Made by a program: the position numbers and the translations under genes. The notes beneath the pieces were generated by a model. The model did no database searches, was not told the DNA's origin, and saw only the letters and a list, made by a program, of their open reading frames with translations. A DNA stretch of 64,000 bases from Azolla caroliniana. Its lineage: Eukaryota > Plantae > Polypodiophyta. Position 1 is the stretch's first letter. Every line of letters starts with the position of its first letter. Below are positions 48,600 to 60,023 of this stretch, piece by piece. Where the stretch lies: positions 4,092,001 through 4,156,000 of the forward strand of contig JBHGNT010000010.1 of assembly GCA_043228905.1 (NCBI GenBank), given 5' to 3'.

Positions 48600-50010
48600 C
48601 TTAATGATGGAAGTTTGTCAAAGAATTCCTCAAGACATGTCATACTTGTGCTGGATCCAAAGTAGAACATGTGTCATGTGGTATGCTCCAGCCACTCCCC
48701 ATTCCAAGCCAACCTTGGGCGTCTATCGAGTCTATGGATTTCATTGCTGACTTGCCTCAAGTCGGTAGATTTGACTAGTTCATGTTGGTAATGTTCGACC
48801 ATTTTACCAAGATGGCTCACTTTGCCCCCTACACCAAAACCATTTCGTGGGAAGAGACAACATATTTGTTTTTAAAGAATGTAGTTCGACCACTTGAGGT
48901 ACTAGAAGATTTCAATTTAGATCGAGAACCCAATTCATCTCTCATTTCTAGATAATATGTCTCATCTAAACATTTAGTACTTCAGTGAATCTGCCTTCGA
49001 TGTATCGTTCACAAATTGATGGCCAAACAAAGAAGATTAATCAAATCCTAGAATGATACATTCGGTGCAGGGTGAATGAATGGGAATGGGAACAATTAGT
49101 TATGTCCTTGACACAACTAATTAGCTATGCAAAAAGTTGCATGTAATTTGCATATTTTGGCAATTTCAAATAAAGACTAGCTAAAATGTGGACCACAAAT
49201 GGTAATATTTACATCCCCATAATAAATTATATGTATCTTTAAGATTTTCCCACTAAAAATTAGCTATAAAAAAAACTACTTAGTTGTGGTCATTTTAGCT
49301 ACATGTTAGCTATAACAGTGTTCCCATTCACATGCTTTCACCCTGCAAGATGATTGGGTTGACCTCCTTCCAATGATAGAGTTTGCTTACAACAAATCGC
49401 TAGATGGGTCGACTGGAGTTACCATGTTCTTTGCAAACTATGGGTTGCACTCTCAATTCAACATTTCCATCTCCTCCAACTCTTCAAGCCCTTCGCTAAA
49501 AGAACAAGCTTGTAACCTGGAAGACATACATCAAAACCTATCCTTGGAGCTCATCCTCACTAGCGAAGGATACAAGGATCAGGCTAACCTTCGTTGATCA
49601 AATACTTCGGTTTGGCTCCTACGCTAAAATATTGCTTCACTTGCCCTTGCACGAAATTTGACTACAAGAAGTTGGGACCTTTCTCGATCATTGTCCGATT
49701 ACAACCCCTTTTACATTTTAAGATTCATAATGTTTTCCATGAATCCGGCCTTGAAACTCACCATCCATCTCATATTCCAAGTTGCCATCTTTATCCTCCT
49801 CTAAGTATGAGGTAGACAAGATATTGAACTTTGGCCTCCTTTGTCGACAACTTCAATACCTTGTTTTGTGGAAAATGTACCATCTTAGAATCAATATGGG
49901 AGCTGGCCAAGATTTAAACAATGTTGTTGATTTAGTACACGATTTTTATCAACAATATCCACACAAGTAGAGACAAGTTTTGGAGGTTAGCCTTAAATGG
50001 AGGATAATGT
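48600..50010 (+). mobile_element. Degenerate Ty3/gypsy chromovirus remnant (integrase + chromodomain)
   Basis: SMDFIADLP..DHFTKMAHFAP, QIDGQTKKINQILE, QDDWVDLLPMIEFAYN, GPF.II..FKIHNVFHES, chromodomain YEVDKIL....QLQYLVLWK, then a purine tract and TGTCA at about 50008. Confidence 0.85.
49068..49345. mobile_element. Short TIR element nested in the gypsy integrase
   Basis: Ends CAGGGTGAA / TTCACCCTG with an inner inverted TGAATGGGAA motif. It splits integrase between ..YIRC and QDDW... No TSD is visible. Confidence 0.65.
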
Positions 50011-50349
50011 CAAAGACAAGAATCAAACTGCAACCTCCCATGTCATAACCAAGTTTGACAACCAATGCATGTCAATACATCATGTGGATATAACATAAAT
50101 TCTTATACAAACTTGTGCTTATCCATATGGGAAATGATGGCTTTGGCCTATTTGCACATAAGTTCCGATCATAGAATTCCCCTTCTTGATGTGATGAGGT
50201 TTTTCTCTTTTGGCACTTACATCCCTATGTGCAATGAAGCCAAAAAGTGAGGGACTCCAATGATGGAATTTCCATCGAGGGCACCAACTCGGGGCATCCA
50301 ACAAATCAAGCAGAAAACATGACAAATTCCAACCTTGGGCAAAAATAAT

Positions 50350-51550
50350 TAGTTATTTTGTGGAAAAGGTTGGTATATACCATGGGAAAACTAGAATTAC
50401 ATCTTTGTGGTGGCATGTGTTAATAGTACCTGGGCATTTGTTCAGAATCTATAGAGGTTCAACAATTGGTGCTTTCTTGACAACGATGTTTGAATTTGTT
50501 TAATTGGAGGCCTCCTAAATGCAGAAAAGATAGAAATTCCTTGGCAATAGAGGTGTCGACAACTTCAAGGATATTACACTAGGATGGAAGAGAAAGCCTA
50601 AATTCATAGTTCAATCGAATGGCAAGTCTAGGCTTGGTACCTGTGGAAGATGGTACCTTAGAGTCACGTAGGAAAATGATGGCTTTTCGAACAATCAGAA
50701 ATAAGTTTCATATACCATGTGGATATGGGTATATTTGGCAATCAATCATTGCCTAGATTAGTTTTCCCGATTCCAGAGTTGGTGGTCGAGGACCCATGGA
50801 AAGATTGGTCATTTGGTATTGGGAAATCAATTTTTGTGGTGCACACCAATGATGTGTACCATAAGTTGGTTGAAGATAGAGCTTGGTTAGTAAATAAGGT
50901 TTTGGATACATGGTACATTACTCGACAAGTAAAGTGGTGGCATAGAGTTTTAGATGTAGGATGACAGTCTCATCTTCCATTTCGTGCAAAGGTGTTTCTT
51001 TGGCATGCCATAATTGGTGGGTTGCCTTTAGTGATGACCTTAAAACGAAGACATATTTCGAATAGGATATGTTTTTTCTGTACAATGGTTGAAGAAGATG
51101 CCAAACATAGGTTCATTACATGTCCGGTTGCTAAAGCCATTTGAATGATTATATCACAAATTTGAGCATCTATAATAGGAAATATTTTGTCACCTTATAA
51201 GTGGTGTTTTTATTTATGAGGGTAAATCTATGCCCACACCATCATATAAGGTTGGGTTTGACTACCTTAGATATTGGGGGATAATTGGACCATGAGAAAT
51301 GGGTTCTTGTTTGATGGACTTCATGACAACAACTCCGTAGGATGAAAGGGAAGTTCATTTGGCAATTTTCACACCTATGTTGTATGGGGACATTGTCTCA
51401 AGACAAGATAGACTTATGTCATCTAGTTTTACAACACTTGAGAGGGTTTCCCTTCCACTATCACTATTTATGAAGTAGTGAAGATGGCTATTAGCAAGGG
51501 TTATATTATCAACTTGTTTTAATAACAACCATTGATTTACGGGGGAAAAA
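50350..51550 (+). mobile_element. LINE (L1-like) 3' remnant with zf-RVT domain
   Basis: LPFRAKVFLWHAIIGGLP...ICFFCTMVEEDAKHRFITCPVAKAI* with multiple stops. Confidence 0.75.
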
Positions 51551-51789
51551 AAGCAGGCTTATGATTTGCAGTTTTATAGGTCTACATTGATTCGATGGTG
51601 CAAATTGATCGCGATTCTTGAAGCATAGTCTAAACCGTTAATCCATTGCAAAGATTATCTCGCTGCTCCTAATTACGTATTATTTGGTTGCAGATAGACA
51701 CGGGGGGCAGTGAAGGATGCATAACGTTTGGACTTCAATATGTATGTCTCAATGTGAGATGTACATATTTGTGCATGGCAAAAAGGCCA

Positions 51790-51855
51790 AACGCAAAAAG
51801 CAAAACGCAAACCCAAACGCAAACGCAAACGCAAACGCAAAGTGCAAAACGCAAC
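51790..51855. repeat. (AACGCA)n hexamer microsatellite upstream of ESS2
   Basis: AAACGCAAACCCAAACGCAAACGCAAACGCAAACGCAA is seen directly. Confidence 0.85.
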
Positions 51856-51939
51856 ATAAGCAAAAGGCAGAATTTCTGTTACTCAGTATTTTGGGTCGCA
51901 TCCCTTAACGAAGCCCTAAAATTTCCTGTCAGAGAAGGA

Positions 51940-52190
51940 AGGGCCCGATTTCTCTGTGTTGGAACCCTAATGATCACAGACAGACAAATCAGGAAAGCCT
52001 GACCTATATAGCCCTCTCTCCAATTCTCTGCAGAACCCGACCAACTGATCCCGATCTCTGCGTCAAAACCCTAAAGAATCCGCACAGTGGCAAAGGCTCA
52101 GTCCTTCCTTCGAGACATAGCCAAAAATTCTTCGTAATACCTCACCTCCTTACGTGGAAGATTTTCGATCTCTGTTTCCGAACCCTAAAT
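51940..52190 (+). promoter_or_regulatory. Telo-box-like motifs, GGGCCC and TATA in the ESS2 promoter/5' region
   Basis: AAACCCTAA at about 52067, AACCCTAA at about 51963 and 52181, GGGCCC at 51941, CTATATA at about 52004. Function is inferred from known telo-box/site II promoters of plant housekeeping genes. Confidence 0.45.
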
Positions 52191-52300
52191 CTTGCAAAAG
52201 GAAAGAAAGAAAGGAAGCCCTCTGAAAACTCCACATAATTCCTTCGACATATCCATACCTCTACTCAAGGTTTTCATACAGTAGCAAAAAAAAAAGAGAC

Positions 52301-53944
52301 ATGTTGGCTTCACCAGGCCATTCTCCTCTACAGATCGTCGTTTCCACGCCTTCTTCATCTACAAGCACTCCTGCACAGATCCATGGCCGAAGCAAACCAT
52401 CTCCGTCTGTTTCGACTTCTTCATCCAAAAATCTCATGCTTCCTCCTCCTAAAAGGCCCCGCAGATCTGCAGAGGTTCTTGATGAAGACTCGTATGTGGG
52501 AGCCATAGAAAAGATCATCGAGCGAGATTTCTTTCCTGATATTCCGAAGCTTCAGGATCGATTACAATGGCTAGAAGCCGTTCGCACAGGAGATCCTCTC
52601 GTCATCAGAGATGCACAGCTACGGATCGTCCAGAGGAGGCGTGAGAAGGCCGAACAAGAAGCAGAAACGCCTCGCCATGGATTGGTTCACACTCCTTCTG
52701 AATCTGTCTCCTTCTCTGCATCGTACTTGGATTCTCCTAACTCCATGGTAAGTGCTTCTCCTGCCGCTTCTCTTAGATCTGGTCTTGCCAAATCCACGGA
52801 TTTCTCTGGTTCGCCGCTCCATGTCAAACCATCTGTAGATACCTCGCTCTCTTTAGATGTTTTCCTGAGGAAATATACAAGTGAAGATAATGTAAGCTTC
52901 TCAAACATTCTCGAGAAGGTGAATAAGAAGAGACAGGAGAGGTACAGGTACCTTAGTGAGGAGGAAATGGTTTCTCCTCAGGACAGAATAGCTGACCGAG
53001 ATCAGAATTCTACAGATGGCTACGGCACCTCTGGCCAGCCTGTGAGTACACTCGAAGGGTGGAGTTACAAGGCAAAGAACTTGTTGATGTATGATTCGGC
53101 AGAGAGAGAGTATGCCCCTCTCACAGAAGCGGAGAAGGAAGAGAGGCTGAAGCTTCTGACCAAGGAGGTGAATATCAAGAACACGAGGTTTCATGTGAAG
53201 ATGTTTGATTCGAGGTTAAGAGAAGACGAAGCTATGGCGCCATTATGCTCACCTCTCCCTGGGATGACTCCGATGTCTGCATGGAATCTCTCAGATCCCG
53301 ACAAACTGAAGATGAAATATGACTTGGAAGAACTGAGGAGAACGCCCCAGGTAATGGGTGAGAAAGAAGCAAATAGAGTTCTAGGGAAGGGGGGATCAGC
53401 AGGTTACAACTATGTAGCAACACCATCTCCAGCTCCTGGCGTAGACGAATCACCATTCATGACATGGGGAGAGATTGAAGGAACGCCACTTCGTCTTGAG
53501 ATGGAAGATACACCAGTTGGGATCGGAGGAAGTGGAGATGGCCCTCGGTTCATGATCCCAGCTCCTCCATCCCGGGATGCGAGAGCTCATAGCTTATCTC
53601 GAAATGCAGCTCGGAGCCTACGAGAGAAGTCAAGGTTATTTAACCCTCGAACTTCTTCTTCGTCTTTGTCTCCTTCTTGTTCTTCTCCAGCTAGAGGTTC
53701 AGGTAGCCCTGGCCTTAAGAGCCTCTCAGCTGCAGCTCAGGTCTTTGTGAGGAAAGCTATGGCAAAGTCTAGCGTATCAGTGGATGCCAACCTCCGGGCG
53801 AGCTATAGAGGTACCCCAAGCCCTTATACTTCTAAAACCACATCTAGATTTAGAGAAGGGAGTGTTGTTTCGCGAAGTGGAAGCGTGCCTCCTTTGAGCT
53901 CACCCTCTATTCGAGAAGGTATTGCTCCGCCAAGCTCACCATGA
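52301..53944 (+). CDS. ESS2: Splicing factor ESS-2 homolog / DGCR14-like, 547 aa, intronless CDS
   Basis: VLDEDSYVGAIEKIIERDFFPDIPKL..LQWLEA, LSLDVFLRKYTSEDN.SF..ILEK.N, W.YKAKNLLMY, VATPSPAPGVDESPFMTWGEIEGTPLRL, LSAAAQ..DANLRASY. Confidence 0.95.
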   Translation: MLASPGHSPLQIVVSTPSSSTSTPAQIHGRSKPSPSVSTSSSKNLMLPPPKRPRRSAEVLDEDSYVGAIEKIIERDFFPDIPKLQDRLQWLEAVRTGDPLVIRDAQLRIVQRRREKAEQEAETPRHGLVHTPSESVSFSASYLDSPNSMVSASPAASLRSGLAKSTDFSGSPLHVKPSVDTSLSLDVFLRKYTSEDNVSFSNILEKVNKKRQERYRYLSEEEMVSPQDRIADRDQNSTDGYGTSGQPVSTLEGWSYKAKNLLMYDSAEREYAPLTEAEKEERLKLLTKEVNIKNTRFHVKMFDSRLREDEAMAPLCSPLPGMTPMSAWNLSDPDKLKMKYDLEELRRTPQVMGEKEANRVLGKGGSAGYNYVATPSPAPGVDESPFMTWGEIEGTPLRLEMEDTPVGIGGSGDGPRFMIPAPPSRDARAHSLSRNAARSLREKSRLFNPRTSSSSLSPSCSSPARGSGSPGLKSLSAAAQVFVRKAMAKSSVSVDANLRASYRGTPSPYTSKTTSRFREGSVVSRSGSVPPLSSPSIREGIAPPSSP

Positions 53945-54959
53945 TGGAAAAAAATTTGCATGTGAATGAAATATCTTTTTTTTTACACCTTCTGTATTAT
54001 ATATATTCTGTTGATTTTGTGTTGGTATTCAAGAAGAATGGACAAAAACAGTTGCTTCTTGTGCTGATATTAAGAGCTGGAGAAAGTTGTGCTTATTATG
54101 TTGATATTTTGAGAAGAACGGAAAACTTAATGTACTTTTCATGTTTTATATTTGCAAAACATTATGTTGGTTTACTGCTTAAGTAAGCTCTTGTTGCTTC
54201 ATCTAAGTTACACCCCTAGTTATACTGAAGGTAGTGCTGTCCCCTGATGATAAATTATCCTGAATAAAAAGTTGTTTCTTTCACCTATATTTCTGTAGTA
54301 TAAAAACACTATGCTTTTCTGTTGATGGTATTTGAGCAGCTAGTCAGAAACATGTGTTTCATGTGTTGATAGTTTGAGAAGAATGGCGAAGCATACATAC
54401 TCTCCACTTTGTGTTGCCAAAATTGAGCAGAAAGGCAAAAAACATGTGTTTCTTGTATTAATATTTTGAGAATGATGAAAATTTTGATTTTATATATATG
54501 CACGAGAAGGATGGAAAGAGTTTTCATTGTGTTAAAACTTGAGAAGAATGAAGTTTTACGATTTGGTATTTGATAGAAAAATGAAGCAAAGTGTATCTGA
54601 AACAGCCATATTTGAAATTTGTAGTCTTCTATGATGCAGTATAATACTGTTAATTTGTTACAGAAATCAGTTGTTTTAGGCTGTGATTACTACCTTTATC
54701 TTTGTCTATCATTTTCTGCCATGTACTATATTTAGAAAAGAAATTCGTTATCTTCTATGATGCAGTATAATACTGTCAATTTGTTACAGAGATCAGTTTT
54801 TTTGGTTGTGATTACTACTTTTATCTTCTCTTATTATATTCTGAATGCAGAATATCATTCTAAAAACTTTTGAGTAATATTGTGGTAAAATGATGCAATA
54901 ACTCTCACAGTGTGATGTAATCGGATTCTGTGCGGCATACCTTCTTTGCTTGCACTTTT

Positions 54960-55290
54960 TTGGGACTAAATCCAAGGCTGTCTCAAACGTGAAAATGATT
55001 ATATTTTTTCGTTGTGGAGCTTCAATTGGGTATTCCCTATTTGCTCTCATCAGCCAATGTTGACCAAAATATGAAGATGATTTGTTCCACATGGTAGTTT
55101 TGAACATTGTCAATCCATGAATGGTGACTGTTAAAACTATTGTGGGTGTCTTGATATCATCTTCCTTTATCGCTTGTTTTGACTCAAATGTTATACTCTT
55201 GTAGTTTCTACCAAATAAACCCATAATTGAGTGGGATGAGTAATAATCATTGTATCTCAACAAAATCCCAATCATTGAGATCAAGCCTTG
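54960..55290 (-). mobile_element. Possible decayed retrotransposon aspartic-protease region
   Basis: VTIHGLTMF...SSYFGQHWLMRAN resembles the gypsy protease C-terminal LLG.PWL block. The match is weak. Confidence 0.3.
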
Positions 55291-56041
55291 ACTACATGTC
55301 CCACCTCTTTAACCCCCAAACAATTTAGTGATTAGATTGAGAGCACAATCTCTCCTTTCTATGCTAACATAATAATTAAGATGTTTGTAACTTGTTTTGT
55401 AAGGGATTACAATGCACTATTAGTTTGTTGTGCCCATAGAAATAAAGAGATAGATCACTTCATGCCATCAGACTACCAAGTGTTAAACATATTCAAAGAT
55501 CGAGGAATTTTAAGTGGAATACCATGCTCTCGATCTATATGTGTTTGGCCTTGTACATGTCTTCTGATTTCTCTCTCTCTCTGGATCACTTAGTGTTAAG
55601 ATTATGGGCATGGGAAGGGTTGTTCAGTATGCATGCTTCTTCCCAAATAAAGGAAACTCCACTCAAACCTATAGGCTAGATCCTAACCCTTTGTCCACAA
55701 ACGAAACTATTGCTTCTTTACAATTATGCACACATTCTCTTCAATACGTGATGGGGCATTAGGGTACAACCAAAGAGATTTAATGACTATGCATATGTTT
55801 ATTTAAACAAGGTCATGAATTAGAGTATATGGGGCATTAGGGTACAAGCAAGGAGATTTAATGAGTGCATATTTTTCCTTGAACAAGGTCATGAATTTGA
55901 GTGTCATACTTTGTAACAATGCTCCACCTTGGATCATATTCAAGTTTCTCAGCTCCACACATTTGTATCAACTCCACATATACCTCATGAAATGTTTCAC
56001 CTTTGGTGCATGGGTCATGTTTGACATTCGAGGATGATAAC

Positions 56042-56072
<31 letters not shown>

Positions 56073-56086
56073 TAGGATAGTGGTCC

Positions 56087-56145
56087 GTGGATTAGCGCGT
56101 TGGACTTCAGATCCAAAGGTCATGGGTTCAAATCCATCGTGGTTG
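56087..56145 (+). pseudogene. 5'-truncated tRNA-Arg(UCG)-derived relic, anticodon now UCA
   Basis: GTGGATTAGCGCG TTGGA-CTTCAGA-TCCAA AGGTC ATGGG-TTCAAAT-CCAT CGTGGTTG aligns with the D-loop through 3' acceptor strand of plant tRNA-Arg(UCG) as I recall it. The 5' acceptor and 5' D-stem strands are missing. Confidence 0.7.
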
Positions 56146-56867
56146 ATCTTTATCATCGACTTTGTGATTTTCCAAGTAAAATCCCTTTCTTCACAACCAC
56201 AATGTGCTCTCTCGATTGCAACATTCATTGGTAAAGTTCTCGAACATCGAGAGTTGCTGCGATCTTTCATACATATCACGTGTAATATTTTTGGTCTCAT
56301 AAGTCATATTTGACCTCCAAAGACGATATTATAATCTATCTATCTATCTCTCAATATACATGATATATATCACAATATGCTCTATTCCTTAGGTATGAGT
56401 ATATATCACCACAATGTGGTGCATTCCTTTTTAGGGTTACAATAGGTACACAAGATGTTGCCATTCGGGTTTAGGGTTAAGGGTTCTACAATTGTTGCCT
56501 TACTCTACCAATGAAAGTAAGTGAGCTCTATTAAATTAGTATGCTTTTTGCCTCTCCTGCTCTCTTTTAACCATTCCATTGGTTCTCCCATCAAAGAGGC
56601 TTTGAATCGAGATGGGTCTACCCTTGATGATGTGATGGCTATGAGACCCCTACACTTTACCAGTAAGGATGTCATGGAGGGTCTTCTCAAGGTAAGATTG
56701 GCATGCCATTGAAGAGTCGTTCCTTCCTTTGACGTCTGGTTCTTGCTCATGCTCATGGGGGCAATAATGTTCTATCCACTCATATTGAGTAAATATACAA
56801 TAAGGCGAATGTATAAACCAAGAATGATGAGGGGTACTCCAAGAGGTAGATTCACTCTCGGAATTTT

Positions 56868-59800
56868 TTAGTCTTGGCCTAGGGCAGCTCCGGATGGCTC
56901 AATGAGATTGAACGTCACTCTTCGGAACGAGGGTCTCTGGGTAATTACACATAACCCATCGTCATAGTCGTGGCGGTCGTCCTCAAGCTCCTCCTCATCT
57001 TCGGGTTGTTCAACATTATAATGGTCGCAATATACAATCTTGTGAGTGTCTCGTGGGCTTTCTTTTACTGAACTATGGCATGTAGTAGTAGCTCCATTCA
57101 GTATTAACCAAATTATACTACTACTACTACTATTACTACTACTACTACTACTACTACTACTACCTCCACTACTAGTAGTAGCACTAGTAGAAGTAGCAGT
57201 AGAAGTAGAAGTAGAAGTTATGTCCATCATCTTTTGGGCATTATTGTAAAACACAAATGCTGATGCCATGGGAGACATCAAGTAGGGGTGGTCATTATCA
57301 TCACCATCATTATGATGATTATGATCATTTAAATCATTATGATCATTTAAATCATTATGATCATTTAAATTATTATGATCATTTAAATCATTATGATCAT
57401 TTAAATCATTATCATCATCATCATCATCATTGATACAAGAATAAAACACCATCTCCTCTGTTCCATTACCATTGCCATTACTCTCTCCTTCTGATATTAA
57501 TGCACCTCCACCCTCTGCATTCAGCTCACCATTAATGCATACTGTATACCTCACCAAACTTTGTCCATCATCCCCTACTTCCTCCTCTTCATCTTCATAT
57601 GCTTCAACTCCATCATCTTCAAGGTCACCATTAATCCTGTGTTCCTCCACATGCCACCTTCTTTGGTAATGATAATTATCTTCTTCTTCTTCTTCAGATT
57701 CACATTCATCATCATTTGAAAACTCGCAGCTAGATTGATCAACCCTGTATGCCAAACTGATCTCATCATTGTCATCGTCTTCGTCTTCGCGATTGTGACC
57801 TTGAAGTGCCTCTACTACCTCAAAGGGTAAATGATGATCTGAACAAGCAGAAGCAATACGATCTCTCCATGGCTCTGAATCTAGAGGAGTCGCTTCAGTA
57901 ATACCATGATGGAACTCTGGGGCTGAGCAAGAAGTGAACGTTGCCAATTTGGGGACTCTAATGGCAGATTGATCTAAAATCTCTTCATTTTGGAGATCCT
58001 GATGATTTGATCCACCATTGGCATGGATATTGGAGCGAGAATTCGATGTCATTTCGGGATTTAATGGCGAGGGTACCGAATTAGACATTACTGTGTGCTT
58101 TGTTTCTGAGCGTTTAGGATGAGATGCCATACTCTTGAAGAAATTAAGACCGCAACAACCCATGGTGGGGCTTGAGGCGGAATTGATACTCCTGCGAGGA
58201 TTATTAATATAATCTCCGGGGGTCTCAACCTCCAATTCGGATCCCGGCTGAAGAAGAAGAAGATTGTCATGCCGATCATGAGTATCTATGGTGGGAGGAA
58301 TATTCGAGGTGGAATATGTACTATTACTAATCATAGAGCTATAATGATCTTGGATACTGGCTTCCTCATCAACGTCGTCATGTTCACTGTAATCCTGTAA
58401 ACTGATGTTTGAATCATGGTCTATATGAAGCTCGCCTGCCGGATCAGGAGGAGGCGAAGGAGGCGGAGATCGGCTAGAGCTAATGGCTGTATACTGCTGC
58501 GTTCTTTGGATTATCGAAGAAGAATTGTGCGGCAAATCTTCAGCTAGATTAACGCTATGGATGTATTCATCCAGTTGATCCTGTACCTGACGACGTTGGT
58601 CTGTCCTTAATGGGGTGTCGGCCACTGATCTTTGAAGATCTAATGTACTAATGGGAGAGTTCTGAGTAGTATCTAGATCGGATATGGTACTGTGATCTTC
58701 TGCAGTAATTCGACTAGAATGGTAATAATGGTGATGGTCAAGGATGTAATTGGCGGTGTCTATGTGATCCATTCGTCCAGGAACGCTCCTGCTGCTGCCA
58801 GTTCGTCTGAGAATCAAGCTCTTGATCTTCTGCGCGAATGAGAAGATGCGGCGGGGCCTAGGCCCAGGAGGATTTCCTGAAGCATAATCAGAAATTTGGA
58901 CGCGGTGATCGTAAAAACGATTGCTGTGACGGCCATTAGAGGGATTAGGTGCTCGATGGGATGCCAAATTGTTAGCTATGGCATGGTTATGAAATTGATG
59001 ATGATGATGATGATGATGATGAGATGCATGTAATTGACCACTATAGAAGCCACGATTCCTGTGCAGGCGAGAGGATGGATCATCAATATAATTCTGAGAG
59101 AGATGGCTATGGCGGCGATTATAAGGAGAGGAGGTAGAGAAGCCCCTGCGAAGGATGGGACGCCCTCGATTTGCACCATGATCAGATTCATGATCATGGC
59201 GAAATGACACAGACAATCCTCGTCTGAGCAGGGTATTGGGAGGTGGCCTTGCCCTGAAGCTGTTGGGGCTGGGGAGGAAGAGAATGCTAGGTCCCATGTT
59301 TGCTGCCATTGCTGTGGATGAGACTGAGACTGAATGCGGATCGATCGAGATCTGCTTCTCGTGCAAGTCTCCGGAGTCGAGATCAGTATGCGAAAGAGAT
59401 GGAGATGGAGATGGAGATGGAGATGGAAATTGTGATTGTGATTGTGATTGAGATGGAGATTGAGATTGAGATTGGGATTGGGATTGGGATTGGGATTGAG
59501 ATGGTGATTGTGATTGTGATTGTGATTGTGATTGTGATTGTGATTGTGATTGAGATTGAGAATTTGATTGTGATTGAGATTGTGATTGTGATTGAGATTG
59601 ACATTGGCATTGGCATTGAGATAGAGATAGTGATTGGGATTGGGATTGAGATTGCAATTGCAGTTGGGATTGCGAATGTAACTGTGATTGCAATTGGGAT
59701 CGCGAATATAATTGTGATTGCAATTGCAATTGGGATTGCGAATATCGCGATTTCGATTGCGATCGCGAATATTGGGATCGGAATGTTGATACATCCACCG

Positions 59801-60023
59801 GTATTTCTTGGGGCATGTCCTCGGAAAACATATCGCAGGACGGCTTCTCCATTCTGTCGGAGATGGCACTACTACGATCGGGGCTCGGGTTCCGCATTCT
59901 GTCCGCGGAAATGGTATCAGAGGATTCATTGGAATTGGGCATGGATTGGCACATAGTGGAGGAGATGATGGCATGAGAAGAAGAAGGATTGGAGGGTATG
60001 GATTGCCACATTGTGTAAGCCAT
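56868..60023 (-). CDS. Orphan low-complexity/disordered protein, 1051 aa, single exon
   Basis: A 3.15-kb stop-free frame in AT-rich DNA. The SQ repeat varies at the synonymous Ser position (TCA/TCT/TCC/TCG CAA). It also has poly-H, poly-S, acidic tracts and NDHNDL repeats. No domain was recognised. Confidence 0.7.
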   Translation of the reverse strand: MAYTMWQSIPSNPSSSHAIISSTMCQSMPNSNESSDTISADRMRNPSPDRSSAISDRMEKPSCDMFSEDMPQEIPVDVSTFRSQYSRSQSKSRYSQSQLQLQSQLYSRSQLQSQLHSQSQLQLQSQSQSQSLSLSQCQCQCQSQSQSQSQSQSNSQSQSQSQSQSQSQSQSQSPSQSQSQSQSQSQSQSPSQSQSQSQFPSPSPSPSPSLSHTDLDSGDLHEKQISIDPHSVSVSSTAMAANMGPSILFLPSPNSFRARPPPNTLLRRGLSVSFRHDHESDHGANRGRPILRRGFSTSSPYNRRHSHLSQNYIDDPSSRLHRNRGFYSGQLHASHHHHHHHHQFHNHAIANNLASHRAPNPSNGRHSNRFYDHRVQISDYASGNPPGPRPRRIFSFAQKIKSLILRRTGSSRSVPGRMDHIDTANYILDHHHYYHSSRITAEDHSTISDLDTTQNSPISTLDLQRSVADTPLRTDQRRQVQDQLDEYIHSVNLAEDLPHNSSSIIQRTQQYTAISSSRSPPPSPPPDPAGELHIDHDSNISLQDYSEHDDVDEEASIQDHYSSMISNSTYSTSNIPPTIDTHDRHDNLLLLQPGSELEVETPGDYINNPRRSINSASSPTMGCCGLNFFKSMASHPKRSETKHTVMSNSVPSPLNPEMTSNSRSNIHANGGSNHQDLQNEEILDQSAIRVPKLATFTSCSAPEFHHGITEATPLDSEPWRDRIASACSDHHLPFEVVEALQGHNREDEDDDNDEISLAYRVDQSSCEFSNDDECESEEEEEDNYHYQRRWHVEEHRINGDLEDDGVEAYEDEEEEVGDDGQSLVRYTVCINGELNAEGGGALISEGESNGNGNGTEEMVFYSCINDDDDDDNDLNDHNDLNDHNNLNDHNDLNDHNDLNDHNHHNDGDDNDHPYLMSPMASAFVFYNNAQKMMDITSTSTSTATSTSATTSSGGSSSSSSSSSNSSSSSIIWLILNGATTTCHSSVKESPRDTHKIVYCDHYNVEQPEDEEELEDDRHDYDDGLCVITQRPSFRRVTFNLIEPSGAALGQD

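Noticed and set aside
58976-59974. Overlapping 332-aa (-) and 218-aa (+) ORFs as nested genes
   Set aside because: They are by-products of stop-free hexamer repeats. Unit variation is synonymous only in the SQ frame.
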